Source: Myxococcales bacterium (GTDB lineage: Bacteria > Myxococcota_A > Polyangia > Nannocystales > Nannocystaceae). Taken from it: a DNA stretch of 64,000 bases. Within the stretch, counting starts at the first letter, position 1. Every line of letters starts with the position of its first letter. Location: positions 250,730-314,729 of the forward strand of contig JACKDU010000002.1 in NCBI GenBank assembly GCA_020633335.1, written 5' to 3'. Below the pieces are notes generated by a model that saw nothing but the letters and a program-made list of their open reading frames with translations, was not told where the DNA came from and did not search any database. Of the stretch, positions 1-9,320 are shown piece by piece. The position numbers were made by a program, and so were the translations under genes.

Positions 1-255
1 AAGATCGACGCGGCGATGGTCCAGGCGACGCCCTTCCTCCGGATGTTCGGGACCGTGCTCCTCGCGGTCGAGGCGATCGAGCAGGCGGTCGTCGCCAAGC
101 GGAAGATCGACGCCGAGGGCGAGACCCCCTTCCTCAAGGGCAAGCTCCTCAGCCTCGACTTCTTCGTCTCGTCGGTGCTCCCGCAGGCGGTCGCGCTCGG
201 CAAGATCATCCAGAGCGGCGACGAGAGCTGCATGGATCCGACGCTCTTCACCTAG
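1..255 (+). CDS. acyl-CoA dehydrogenase family protein, C-terminal fragment (5' end lies outside window)
   Basis: Open frame from base 1 to TAG at 253-255. The tail ...FLKGKLLSLDFFVSSVLPQAVALGKIIQSGDE resembles the C-terminal helical domain of large acyl-CoA dehydrogenases. High GC3. Confidence 0.45.
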   Translation, partial: KIDAAMVQATPFLRMFGTVLLAVEAIEQAVVAKRKIDAEGETPFLKGKLLSLDFFVSSVLPQAVALGKIIQSGDESCMDPTLFT

Positions 256-270
256 CGCCGCGACGTGGAC

Positions 271-306
271 GCCGGCTCGCCGCTCGCGGCGGGCCGGTGT
301 TTTTCG
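271..306 (+). terminator. putative intrinsic terminator after the acyl-CoA dehydrogenase fragment
   Basis: GC-rich hairpin gccggctcgccgc-tcgc-ggcgggccggt is followed by gtgtttttcg, 15 bp after the stop codon. Confidence 0.45.
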
Positions 307-517
307 TTCGAATCGCGGCGGCGCGCGATCCAAGGAGGGCCGCCTCGAACAAACAAAACAATGTTCAGCGAGGATATTGGGGCCACTCGGCGGGCGCGCC
401 GCCATGATGACCCGCGCCTCCCTGAGCGGCGCGGCGACCCGACGCGCCCAGCCCATCAACGCGTGACGCCGACGCGCGGCCAAGCCGGCGTCGGCGTCAC
501 CTCGCGCGGACCTGTCC

Positions 518-2062
518 CTACTGCCAGGTGCCCGTCTTCATCGGGCAGGCGAAGTTGTAGGTCGCCGCCGGGACCGGCACCGGGTTGGTGACGTCGCTGA
601 AGTGGAGCGCGTAGAAGGGCCCGCAGGGCTCGCCGCTCTCCTGCTGGAAGCGGAGATCGCCGCTGTTGCCGACCACGTCGATCGACTCCCCCTTGTCGAG
701 GAGCGCGACCGCGTTGCGGACGAAGGTGAGCTCCTGGACCTCGCCGAAGGAGATCGGCATGCCGCTGGTGAGCTTGGCCATCTGCGGGGCGATCGTCGGG
801 CCCGTGAGGGTCGAACCCGGGGTCGCGCGGATCGCCAGCATCGTCGTCATCGCCGCGTCGTAGGCGAGCGGCGCCTCGGTCCCGAGGACCAGCCCCGGCG
901 AGGCCTCGAGGAGGCGGTTGTAGAGGATCGGCGCGTTCTCGGGGTGCTCGGCGACCGGCGCGATCATCTCGATCCGCCCCATCAGCGCCGGGTCGCCGCT
1001 CTGGATGATCGCGCTCTGGATCCCGCGGAGGCCGGCGTGCGAGGTGTAGATCTTCTTCGGCGTGAGGCCGAGCTCCGCCGTCTTGAGGATCAGCTCGCCG
1101 ACCTCGTCGCCGCCGATCAGGATGATCGAGGTCGGCTCCGCGACCTGCATCGCCAGGTTGGTGAGCGCCGTCCGCCCCTCGTCGACCGTCTGATACGAGA
1201 GGATCGCCTGGACCGCGACGTCCGGGATCACCCGGTCCATGCCGCTCTCCTCGGTCAGCTCGTTGTAGATGCCGATCCCGTAGTTGTTGCCGCGGAGGAG
1301 CATGATCGTCGAGTCGACCGCGTCGTCGTGGACCCGATCGAGCATCGCCTTCGCGTGGGCGGCGGCCCCCGGCGTCGCCCGCCAGAGCACGCCCGAGTCC
1401 TCGAAGCCGATCGGCGCGGTCGCGGTCGGCGTCATCGTGAAGACGAAGTTGCCCATCTTGACGACGACGTCCTGGGCGACGGTGACGAAGGCGTCGTCGT
1501 CCATCGGCCCGAGGAGCGCCGCGATCCCGACCTCCTCGACGAGGCGGGCCGCGTTGGTGCGGGCCGCGTTGGGATCACCGGCGGAGTCGCAGGCGACGAG
1601 GCCGAACTTGTCGCCGTTGGCGAGCGAGCCGGCGCTGTTGAAGTCCTCGACCGCGAGCTTGAAGGCGGCCGCCGCGAGCTTGCCGACCGGCGTCGACGCG
1701 TCGTAGACGGCGCCGAGGAGGGTGAGATCGTCGCCGACCTCGCCGCCGGGGAGGACGAGGAACTCGCAGGCGTCGCTCAGCGCGTCGACGCAGACCCCGT
1801 CGATCCCGCAGACCTGGCTGCCGCCGAGGGTCGTGCACTCGCTGTGCTGCTTGCACTCGGCCTTGACGCAGGTGCCGCTCTCACAGCGGAGCGGGCCGTC
1901 CTCGTCGACGAAGCGATCACAGTCGGAATGCTCGGTGCACTCGGTGAAGTCGAGCGACTTGGTGCAGGCGCCGATCGACGCGCCGAGGAGGCCAGCGGCC
2001 ATCAGGGCGAGGGCCCGAGACGCGGGGTTGGAGCACGCGATGTTCACATCGGAGGTACGCAT
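518..2062 (-). CDS. periplasmic ligand-binding protein (PBP type I, LivK-like branched-chain amino acid ABC substrate-binding protein) with a Cys-rich N-terminal insert
   Basis: Signal peptide MRTSDVNIACSNPASRALALMAAGLLGASIGAC. Cys-rich module (CTKSLDFTECTEHSDCDRF...CESGTCVKAECKQHSEC). The remainder has the PBP1 fold typical of Leu/Ile/Val-binding proteins. Start chosen at the ATG complementary to 2060-2062; the 568-aa ORF N-terminal extension is R/S-rich artefact. Confidence 0.6.
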   Translation of the reverse strand: MRTSDVNIACSNPASRALALMAAGLLGASIGACTKSLDFTECTEHSDCDRFVDEDGPLRCESGTCVKAECKQHSECTTLGGSQVCGIDGVCVDALSDACEFLVLPGGEVGDDLTLLGAVYDASTPVGKLAAAAFKLAVEDFNSAGSLANGDKFGLVACDSAGDPNAARTNAARLVEEVGIAALLGPMDDDAFVTVAQDVVVKMGNFVFTMTPTATAPIGFEDSGVLWRATPGAAAHAKAMLDRVHDDAVDSTIMLLRGNNYGIGIYNELTEESGMDRVIPDVAVQAILSYQTVDEGRTALTNLAMQVAEPTSIILIGGDEVGELILKTAELGLTPKKIYTSHAGLRGIQSAIIQSGDPALMGRIEMIAPVAEHPENAPILYNRLLEASPGLVLGTEAPLAYDAAMTTMLAIRATPGSTLTGPTIAPQMAKLTSGMPISFGEVQELTFVRNAVALLDKGESIDVVGNSGDLRFQQESGEPCGPFYALHFSDVTNPVPVPAATYNFACPMKTGTWQ

Positions 2063-2081
2063 GAGAGGCTCTGCTCCTGGA

Positions 2082-2921
2082 CTAGAAGCGTCCGACAACA
2101 CCCAGGCCGACCTGCGTCGGCGACGTCTGCGGCACGATCCGCGCGGTCGGCGACTTCGCGTCGGCCTTCTTGCGGTTCTGCGGCACCAGCAGCATGACGA
2201 TGCCCGCGGCCGCCAGGATCCCACCGGCGATGAAGAGGCCGTCGGCCGCCGGCGCCAGGCGCATGCCCTTGGCCTTCGCGGCGTCCGCGTCCTCCCGGCT
2301 CTGGGCGGCGGCGAAGATCGACTCCTGGCGCTTCGCCATCCCGCCGACCACCGCGCCGCCGATCAGCGCGGCAGCGCCGGTGCCGACCAGGGCGTAGCCG
2401 ATCGGCCGGACGTTGCGGGGCTTCGGACGGTCATCGACACCCGGCTCCCCGCCGCCTCCCTCGGGCGGCGTCGTCTCCCCGGGGGGCGGCGTCGTCTCGA
2501 CCGGCGGCGTCGTCTCGACCGGCGGCGGCTTCTCCTCGTCCTTCTTGCGGATCGCCACGACCTCGCGGGCGATGTCGCGGCGGCGGAGGGCGACCTGCTT
2601 GTCCTCGATGTCGACCTGCGGGTCGGAGATGAAGCGCTCGTAGTACGTGATCGCGTCCTCGAGCTGCCCCGCCTCCTCGTGGATCCGGCCGATGTTGAAG
2701 AGGATGTTGGGCTCGGGCTCGAGGGCGTAGGCCCGCTCGAAGAGGGCGATCGCGCCGGCGTAGTCCTTCTCAGCGTACTTCTCGGCCGCCATCTCGGTGA
2801 GCGTGTCGAAGGTCTCTTCGGCAGGCGCGACGAGAGCCAGAGGCAAGGGCGACGCGTGGGCGATCCCCGGGCCTGTGGCGAGGAGCGACGCGGTCACGAT
2901 CGTTGGGATGAGGCGTTGCAT
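2082..2921 (-). CDS. TPR-repeat protein with Pro-rich tandem repeats and a C-terminal membrane anchor
   Basis: Signal peptide. TPR helices (YAEKDYAGAIALFERAYALEPEPNILFNIGRIHEEAGQLEDAITYYERF). Repeats VETTPPVETTPPPGETTPP (DNA tandem repeats ~2455-2530). Hydrophobic segment near the C-terminus. Confidence 0.6.
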   Translation of the reverse strand: MQRLIPTIVTASLLATGPGIAHASPLPLALVAPAEETFDTLTEMAAEKYAEKDYAGAIALFERAYALEPEPNILFNIGRIHEEAGQLEDAITYYERFISDPQVDIEDKQVALRRRDIAREVVAIRKKDEEKPPPVETTPPVETTPPPGETTPPEGGGGEPGVDDRPKPRNVRPIGYALVGTGAAALIGGAVVGGMAKRQESIFAAAQSREDADAAKAKGMRLAPAADGLFIAGGILAAAGIVMLLVPQNRKKADAKSPTARIVPQTSPTQVGLGVVGRF

Positions 2922-2976
2922 GGGTGATCTTCGTTCTCGGAGATCCTGGACGCAGACGGCGGGCAGGGACGCTCGC

Positions 2977-5166
2977 CTACTTCTTCTTCTTCTTGACCGA
3001 CATGAGGCCGCCGGAGTTCGCCGAGGAGGTCGTCGTCGCCGGCTTGCTGGTCGACGGCTTGCTCGTCGAGGTCGTCGACGGCGCGGACTTCGTGGTCGAC
3101 GGCTTCGTCGACTTCGTCGTCTTGCGGATCTTGGTCCCCCCCGTCGCGCCCGTCGACTGCGGGGTGAGCTCGGCGTTGATCGGGAAGGTCTTGTCGCTCT
3201 CGATCGTCACCGACTTCTTCCACGGCAGGTAGCCGTCGAGGCGGATCGTGACGACGTGGGGACCGGCCGCCAGCGGCTGGGGCTCGAGCGGCGTGATGCC
3301 GATCGGCGCGCCGCTGTCGTCGACGAAGACCGCGCCGCCGACCGGCGACGAGGCGGCCGAGAGCCAGCCGAGGGCGGCCTCGCTCGGCGCCCCGCTGAGG
3401 GCGGCGATCCGGGCGCGGGCCTCGCCGTGGTTCGGGTTGCGGAGGAGGATCTCGCGGTAGGCCTTGAGCGCCTCGTCGCGCTGGCGGGCCTCCTCGAAGG
3501 TCCGACCGCTGTTGAGGAGGTTGCCGATCTCGATCTGATCCTTGAGCGAGACGACCTTCTCCATGAGGTCGGGGTGGCGGGCGAAGTCGTTGTAGGAGGC
3601 GTCGAGGAGGCTGCTCGCCGGGTTGTAGCGGCCCCGCTCGATCGCCGCCTCGGCCCGGGCGATGGTGTCCTTGAGGCGCGCGATCTCCTCGGCCTCGTCG
3701 CTCTGCCCGGCGGCCCCGACCTCCGGGGTCGTCTCCCGCGGGGTGAGGGCGTAGTAGCCGAGGACCGCGACGACCACCAGGGTCAGGACGCCGAGCACGA
3801 CCATCCCGTTGCGCGAGCGCTCCGGCTGGACGTCGAGCTGGGGGAAGGCCCCCGGCGGGTAGGTCATCGACGACGGCATCATCCCCAGGTGGGCCTGGTG
3901 GGCGCCGGTCATCCCCGTCGGCCCGAGGCCGAGCGGGTTCGGGCCCATCGGCCCGGTCTGCGAGCCGACCGCGACCTGGGCGGCCGAGGCGGCGAAGCTC
4001 TGCGAGGTGTTGGAGGTCGCCGGCACCAACCCCGAGGGGCCCGAGGGCGCGGCCATCATCCCCGAGGGCCCCGAGGGCGCAGCCATCATCCCCGAGGGCG
4101 CCGACATCACCGACGAGGGGGCGTCGAGGCCGCGGCCGAAGGTGCCGACCTGGATGTCCTGCGGCCCCGGAATCGGCTCCGCCGAGACCTCACCGCTGGC
4201 CTGGTCCTGGTAGGGCTCGTCGAGGTCCTCCTCCTCCTGCTCGGGCGGCCGGGGCTCGGCCCGCGGCAGCTTGAACATCGAGAAGGGCACCTGATCGATG
4301 AGCCCCTCGACGACCTCGTTGGCGTCGCGCGGGCGCTTGCTCGGCGTCTTCTCGAGGCAGCGCTCGATCAGATCGATGACGCCGTCGGGGACCTGGTGGC
4401 CCTCCGGGAGGTGGTTGCGGAGCGGCTCCGGCTTCTCGTGGACGTGCTTGTAGAGGATCGACGCGTCGTTGTCGGCGGCGAAGGGCACCCGGCCCGCGAG
4501 CATGTAGTAGAAGAGGATTCCGACCGCGTAGACGTCGACCCGCTGATCGAGCTTCTCGCCCTTGATCTGCTCCGGCGAGAGGCACGTCGGGGTCCCGAGG
4601 ACGTTCTGCTTGGTGATGTCGGACGACCCCGAGACCAGCTTGGCCAGGCCGAAGTCGAGGATCTTGACGTAGTTGGCCCGCCCCTGGCGCTCGCAGAGCA
4701 TCAGGTTCGCCGGCTTGATGTCGCGGTGGATGATCCCGCGCGAGTGGGCCTCGCCGAGGCCCTTGAGGACCTGGGCCGCGATCGGCACGAAGTCGGCGAG
4801 CGTGAGCTGCCCCTTGCGCTTGACGAAGCGCTCGAGGGTCTCGCCGGCGACGTACTCCATGACGATGTAGGCGCGGCCGTCGAAGGAGCCGTAATCGTGG
4901 ATGGCGACGATGTTCGGGTGCTGGAGCGCGCTCAGCCCCCGGGCCTCGCGCTCGAAGCGGGCGAGCGCCTCCGGGTCCCCGATCCAGTCGGGGGCGAGCA
5001 CCTTGAGCACGACCTTCCGGTTGGCGTCCGTCTGGTTCGCCCGATAGACGAGCCCCATGCCGCCCCGGCCGAGGCGACGCTCGATCTTGTAGCGGCCCGC
5101 GAAGACCGTACCGATCAGAGGATCCTTTTGCTGCGGCCGTTCGTTGAGCGTGGTCATTGGAATCAT
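2977..5166 (-). CDS. eukaryote-like Ser/Thr protein kinase with TM segment, coiled/TPR-like region and PEGA domain
   Basis: Gly-loop GRGGMGLVY, beta3 Lys (KVVLKVL), catalytic loop HRDIKPANLML, DFG (ILDFGLAK), SPE motif (GTPTCLSPEQ). TM helix VVLGVLTLVVVAVLGYYAL. PEGA-like VTIRLDGYLPWKKSVTIE. S/T/K-rich tail ending KKKKK. Confidence 0.85.
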   Translation of the reverse strand: MIPMTTLNERPQQKDPLIGTVFAGRYKIERRLGRGGMGLVYRANQTDANRKVVLKVLAPDWIGDPEALARFEREARGLSALQHPNIVAIHDYGSFDGRAYIVMEYVAGETLERFVKRKGQLTLADFVPIAAQVLKGLGEAHSRGIIHRDIKPANLMLCERQGRANYVKILDFGLAKLVSGSSDITKQNVLGTPTCLSPEQIKGEKLDQRVDVYAVGILFYYMLAGRVPFAADNDASILYKHVHEKPEPLRNHLPEGHQVPDGVIDLIERCLEKTPSKRPRDANEVVEGLIDQVPFSMFKLPRAEPRPPEQEEEDLDEPYQDQASGEVSAEPIPGPQDIQVGTFGRGLDAPSSVMSAPSGMMAAPSGPSGMMAAPSGPSGLVPATSNTSQSFAASAAQVAVGSQTGPMGPNPLGLGPTGMTGAHQAHLGMMPSSMTYPPGAFPQLDVQPERSRNGMVVLGVLTLVVVAVLGYYALTPRETTPEVGAAGQSDEAEEIARLKDTIARAEAAIERGRYNPASSLLDASYNDFARHPDLMEKVVSLKDQIEIGNLLNSGRTFEEARQRDEALKAYREILLRNPNHGEARARIAALSGAPSEAALGWLSAASSPVGGAVFVDDSGAPIGITPLEPQPLAAGPHVVTIRLDGYLPWKKSVTIESDKTFPINAELTPQSTGATGGTKIRKTTKSTKPSTTKSAPSTTSTSKPSTSKPATTTSSANSGGLMSVKKKKK
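4031..4099. repeat. 30-bp tandem repeat (2.3 copies) inside the kinase linker
   Basis: cccgaggggcccgagggcgcggccatcatc and cccgagggccccgagggcgcagccatcatc, then a partial third copy. Encodes MMAAPSGPSG x2 on the minus strand. Confidence 0.8.
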
Positions 5167-5419
5167 TGGTTCGGCGCCGCCGGCAGCGACGATGCGCGCC
5201 TAGACGCTATCACAGCTTGGTCATCCTCGACTGATCTTCGGCGCACGGGCGAGGGTGCCGGGTTGTAGCACGGCGACGATCAACCGACACAAGCGTCAAT
5301 GCTTCGTCGACACGCCGGTGACGCTGGGGTCCCATCGACCCTCCGCGGCTCCCCGCCCCCATGTGGGGCATTTTCGCACAAAACCCACATAAGCCACGTC
5401 GCTGGCGGCTGGCGGCCCT

Positions 5420-7021
5420 TTGGCGACGTCGGCAAGGCCGCCTCTTTCGGCCGCCGAAAGCGGCCGAAGAGGACTCCGCCAGCGGCCGCCGACACGCCCC
5501 CCTCCGGCCGCCGACCCTTGCCCCAACGGCCAGGTCCTGGTGCATACTCCTGGCTCCGTGCCCACGCTGAGCTTCGCCAATTCCGTTCGCACTGCCGTCA
5601 AGGGCAGCGACGCGGTGGTCGTCATCGGCCCCGCCTCCACCCTCGCCGCCGACGCCCTCCCGGCCCTCTTCGATCCGCCGGTGCAGCGTCTGACCACCGA
5701 TCTCGCGGCCCTGATCAAGCCCGGCGATCTCGGCGCCGGCGGCAGCACGCTGACGGGCGCGAGCCCCGGCCGGATCTACGTCGGCGTCCTCCCCGACAAG
5801 CTCTCCCGCTACAACACGCCGACCCGCGCCGAGTCGATCCGTCGGGTGATCCCAGCCGGCGACCTCGGCCAGTACAAGAAGGTCGCGCTGATCCTGATCC
5901 TCGACGATCCGAGCCACTACCTCGCGGCCGCCAACGCGGTCGGTCGGGCCTTCCCCCTCTTCTCGGCCAAGGGCGGCAACGGCTCCGATCTCAAGCTGAC
6001 GATCGTCGCGATCGATCGCCACGGCGAGACCATCAAGTCGAACCCGCGGATCGCCGAGACGATGGAGACCACCCGGGCGATCGCCTCCCTGGTCGACACC
6101 CCGCCGAGCGACCTCAACCCCGAGACCTACGCCCACGAGGCCCGCCAGCTCCTCCACGGGCTCAAGGGGGTCAAGATCAAGGAGATCGTCGGCGACGCCC
6201 TGGTCAAGCAGGGGCTGATGGGGATCCACACCGTGGGCCGCTGCGCCCTCGCGGCCCCGCGGATGCTCATCGCCTCCTACACCCCGGCCGGCAAGGGGGC
6301 CTCGGAGCGCCACGTCGCCCTCGTCGGCAAGGGCGTCACCTACGACACCGGCGGCCTCAACATCAAGATCCAGGGGGCCATGCCGAACATGAAGTGCGAC
6401 ATGGCCGGCTCGGCCGCCCTCCTCGGCGCCTTCCGGGTGCTGGTCGCGAGCGGCTGCAAGCACCGGGTGAGCCTTGTCCTCTGCATCGCCGAGAACGCGA
6501 TCGGGCCGGCGGCCTACAAGCCCGACGACATCATCCGCCTCCACTCCGGCAAGACCGTCGAGATCAACAACACCGACGCCGAGGGGCGCCTCCTCCTCGC
6601 CGACGGGGTCTCCTACGCCGCCCGCGTCCTCAAGGCCGACACCGTGATCGACGCGGCGACCCTCACCGGCGCCCAGCTGGTGGCGACCGGCCTCCAGCAC
6701 GCGGCGGTGGTCTCGAACGACGACGAGGTCGAGAAGACCTTCATCGCCGCCGGCAAGGAGAGCGGCGATCTCGTCCACCCCCTCCCCTTCGCCCCCGAGC
6801 TCTTCAAGGCCGAGTTCGACAGCGCGGTCGCGGACATGTGCAACTCGGTGCGGAACCGCGCCAACGCCCAGACCGCCTGCGCCGCCCAGTTCGTCTACTG
6901 GCAGATCGACGACACCGGCGTGAAGTGGTGCCATATCGACCTCGCCGGCCCGGCCTTCCCGAAGAACCGCGCGACCGGATTCGGGGTTGCCCTGGTCGCC
7001 CAGGCGGTCGACGATCTCTAG
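5420..7021 (+). CDS. pepA: leucyl aminopeptidase (peptidase M17)
   Basis: M17 signature NTDAEGRL, VGKGVTYDTGG, MKCDMAGSAA. An in-frame GTG at 5540 gives a 493-aa protein of typical PepA length and would leave the 5453-5492 hairpin in the 5' UTR. The true start may therefore be 5540. Confidence 0.8.
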   Translation: MATSARPPLSAAESGRRGLRQRPPTRPPPAADPCPNGQVLVHTPGSVPTLSFANSVRTAVKGSDAVVVIGPASTLAADALPALFDPPVQRLTTDLAALIKPGDLGAGGSTLTGASPGRIYVGVLPDKLSRYNTPTRAESIRRVIPAGDLGQYKKVALILILDDPSHYLAAANAVGRAFPLFSAKGGNGSDLKLTIVAIDRHGETIKSNPRIAETMETTRAIASLVDTPPSDLNPETYAHEARQLLHGLKGVKIKEIVGDALVKQGLMGIHTVGRCALAAPRMLIASYTPAGKGASERHVALVGKGVTYDTGGLNIKIQGAMPNMKCDMAGSAALLGAFRVLVASGCKHRVSLVLCIAENAIGPAAYKPDDIIRLHSGKTVEINNTDAEGRLLLADGVSYAARVLKADTVIDAATLTGAQLVATGLQHAAVVSNDDEVEKTFIAAGKESGDLVHPLPFAPELFKAEFDSAVADMCNSVRNRANAQTACAAQFVYWQIDDTGVKWCHIDLAGPAFPKNRATGFGVALVAQAVDDL

Positions 7022-7055
7022 CGGCCCCGGGCGGGCCCAGGAGCACGAGCACGAC

Positions 7056-7742
7056 ATGACGATGACGATCCCGGAGGGCTGGCGCGCCGCCGTCGGCGAC
7101 GAGCTTTCGAAGCCCTACTTCCGCAAGCTCGAGGACTTCCTCGCCGCCGAGAGGAAGAGCGAGCAGGTCTTCCCGCCGGCCGACGAGGTCTTCACCGCCC
7201 TCGCGCTCACCCCCTTCGACCAGGTCAAGGTCGTGATCCTCGGCCAGGATCCCTACCACGACGACGGCCAGGCCCACGGCCTCTCCTTCTCGGTCAAGCC
7301 GGGGATCAAGCCGCCGCCCTCGCTGGTCAACATGTACAAGGAGATGGAGGCCGACCTCGGCTGCCCGCGCCCGAGCCACGGCTACCTCGCCCACTGGGCG
7401 CGCCAGGGCGTGCTGATGCTCAACGCGGTCCTCACCGTCCGCGCCCACACCCCGAACTCGCACAAGGGGAAGGGCTGGGAGAAGTTCACCGACGCGGTGA
7501 TCAAGGCGCTGAGCGGCCGGCCGAAGCCGATGGTCTTCGTCCTCTGGGGCGGCTTCGCCCAGAAGAAGGAGAAGCTCATCGACGGCCACCACGTGATCGT
7601 CAAGGGCGCCCACCCCTCGCCGCTCTCGGCCCGGAGCGGCTTCTTCGGGAGCAAGCCCTTCTCGACGATCAACGGCCACCTCGCCAAGATGGGCGACGCG
7701 CCGATCGACTGGTGCCTGACCGACGCTCACCTCGCCGACTAG
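7056..7742 (+). CDS. ung: uracil-DNA glycosylase, family 1
   Basis: GQDPYH water-activating motif, HPSPLS, LLNAVLTV. Start at ATG 7056 after GGAG. The ORF-track start at TTG 6987 adds a non-conserved extension. The stop TAG at 7740-7742 is embedded in CTAG. Confidence 0.85.
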   Translation: MTMTIPEGWRAAVGDELSKPYFRKLEDFLAAERKSEQVFPPADEVFTALALTPFDQVKVVILGQDPYHDDGQAHGLSFSVKPGIKPPPSLVNMYKEMEADLGCPRPSHGYLAHWARQGVLMLNAVLTVRAHTPNSHKGKGWEKFTDAVIKALSGRPKPMVFVLWGGFAQKKEKLIDGHHVIVKGAHPSPLSARSGFFGSKPFSTINGHLAKMGDAPIDWCLTDAHLAD

Positions 7743-7897
7743 TGCCTCGACCGCGACGTATCGACCCACCTCGCGTCGGGATCGCCGTCGCTGGCTAGGC
7801 GCGAGGAGGGCGCAGATCGGGCATCTGTAACCGACGAGCAACAACGCCAGCGGCGGCGAGACCAAGCGAGGTGGGTCGATACGTCGCGGTCGCGGCA
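7743..7897. mobile_element. MITE-like element: 32-bp terminal inverted repeats (31/32 identical) around a 91-bp core, flanked by CTAG on both sides
   Basis: Arm 7743-7774 tgcctcgaccgcgacgtatcgacccacctcgc. Arm 7866-7897 is its reverse complement with one mismatch. CTAG at 7739-7742 and 7898-7901. No coding capacity. Confidence 0.45.
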
Positions 7898-7901
7898 CTA
7901 G

Positions 7902-9240
7902 CAGGCTGCTGAGAAATGCGCGGCGCATCGCGTCGATAGCCGGCCGCGGTCCTTCCGAGACTCGGGAGGACACGTCCCCGCCGGCTCGCGCGCCCTTGCA
8001 GGGGGCCTTCACCGGGTCCCGAAGGCCGCGCTCTGCGGCCTCCGGGCCCCGGCCTCATGCGCTGCCGAGCAGGAGCTTGGCGATCCGCAGCAGGTTGTAC
8101 GAGGCGCCGACGAAGAGCGCCGCCATCTCCGTACGCTCTCGGCCCCGAAGCCTTGTCCTCCGGAAGTGGCCGACCGTCTTGTCCCAGCCGAAGATCTCTT
8201 CGACTCGCTTTCGCACCCGCTGAGAGACCGTGTAGCCCTCATGACGCGAGGTCCGCCCGTCGATCGCCGAGCCGCCGCAGTGCTTGGTGTTCATGGCGAC
8301 ATGCGGGGTGATCTTCAGCTCGCGGCAGCGCGCGACGAAGGCTCGCGTGTCGTATCCCTTGTCGGCCGCGAGCGTGCGTCGGTTCCTCGTCGGTGCGAGC
8401 CGCCCGATCATCGTCGCCGCGGCCTCGACCTCTGCGCGCCCGTGGGCGTGCGTCACCACCAGATCGACGATGAGGCCGTTGCGGTTCTCCATCAGCACGT
8501 GCTTCGCGTAGGAGAGCTTGGCCTCCTTCCCAAAGCCCTTGCGGGCCAGCCGTGCGTCGGGATCCGTCGTCGATGCGTGGGTCTCGTTGCGCCGCTTCTG
8601 GCCGTGGAAGTTGACGGTCGGATTGCGCGAGCCGTCGCTCGCGGGGCGCTCCTCGGCCGACTCGTCCTTCGGCCGAAAGCTCTTCAGCGACGCCCACGCC
8701 TCGACCAGCGTCCCGTCCACCGTGAAGTGCTCGCTGCTCGTGAGCTTCTCGGCGTTCGCCTTGGCGACCACCGCGGCGAAGAAGCTCCGCGCGACGTCGT
8801 GGTCCATCAGCCGCTCGCGGTTCTTGCTGAACGTCGTCGGGTGAAACGCGCCCTCGGTCATGTCCATGTCGAGGAACCAGCGGAAGAGCATGTTGTAGTC
8901 GAGCTGCTCGCAGAACATCCGGTCGCTGCGCACCGAATAGAGGGCCATCAGCACCGTCGCCTTGAGTAGCGACTCCGGTGGGATCGAAGGCCGGCCGACG
9001 GCCGCGTACATCTCATCGAAGAGCGGCGACATCTCCCGGAGGATCCCGTCGACGAGCGTCTTCACCTCGCGGATCGGGTGCCGCTGCGGGATCCGACTCT
9101 CGACGTCGACAAGGCAGACAAGGGAGGTCTGGGGGTCCTTCGCGCCGCGCATACGACGGTTGTACGAAATCGCGCGTCGGTCGCGAAGACCCGAAGTGAG
9201 CTCGGCTGCGTGTGGTTACGCAGGGTTTTTCAGCAACCTG
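7902..9240 (-). mobile_element. IS5-family insertion sequence (1339 bp) with 4-bp CTAG target-site duplication
   Basis: Imperfect terminal inverted repeats caggctgctgagaaat (7902-) and caggttgctgaaaaa (reverse complement of 9226-9240). CTAG directly abuts both ends (7898-7901 and 9241-9244), matching the YTAR target preference of the IS5 group. Single intact transposase ORF. Confidence 0.8.
8055..9152 (-). CDS. IS5-family DDE transposase
   Basis: 365-aa DDE_Tnp_1-type protein (…LIVDLVVTHAHGRAEVEAAA…LAADKGYDTRAF…EEIFGWDKTVGHFRRTRLRGRER…LLRIAKLL), typical of the IS5/IS1031 group. Confidence 0.85.
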   Translation of the reverse strand: MRGAKDPQTSLVCLVDVESRIPQRHPIREVKTLVDGILREMSPLFDEMYAAVGRPSIPPESLLKATVLMALYSVRSDRMFCEQLDYNMLFRWFLDMDMTEGAFHPTTFSKNRERLMDHDVARSFFAAVVAKANAEKLTSSEHFTVDGTLVEAWASLKSFRPKDESAEERPASDGSRNPTVNFHGQKRRNETHASTTDPDARLARKGFGKEAKLSYAKHVLMENRNGLIVDLVVTHAHGRAEVEAAATMIGRLAPTRNRRTLAADKGYDTRAFVARCRELKITPHVAMNTKHCGGSAIDGRTSRHEGYTVSQRVRKRVEEIFGWDKTVGHFRRTRLRGRERTEMAALFVGASYNLLRIAKLLLGSA

Positions 9241-9264
9241 CTAGTGCCGGGCCCGCAGAAACAT

Positions 9265-9300
9265 GAAGACGGGCGACGCCGAGTCGGCGCGCCCGTCTTC
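9265..9300 (-). terminator. possible hairpin terminator downstream of the 9321-9698 gene
   Basis: gaagacgggcg…cgcccgtcttc 11-bp stem enclosing a second palindrome cgccgagtcggcg. No clear U-tract. Confidence 0.3.
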
Positions 9301-9320
9301 GTGCTCGAGGTGGATCCCGA

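Noticed and set aside
2797-5268. 823-aa + strand ORF antisense to the Ser/Thr kinase
   Set aside because: R/G/D/E-rich, with no motifs; typical GC-rich antisense artefact. The opposite strand has an unambiguous kinase.
5210-7057. 615-aa and 586-aa ORFs overlapping pepA on both strands
   Set aside because: Low-complexity RG/RP-rich translations. pepA in the other frame has the M17 NTDAEGRL signature.
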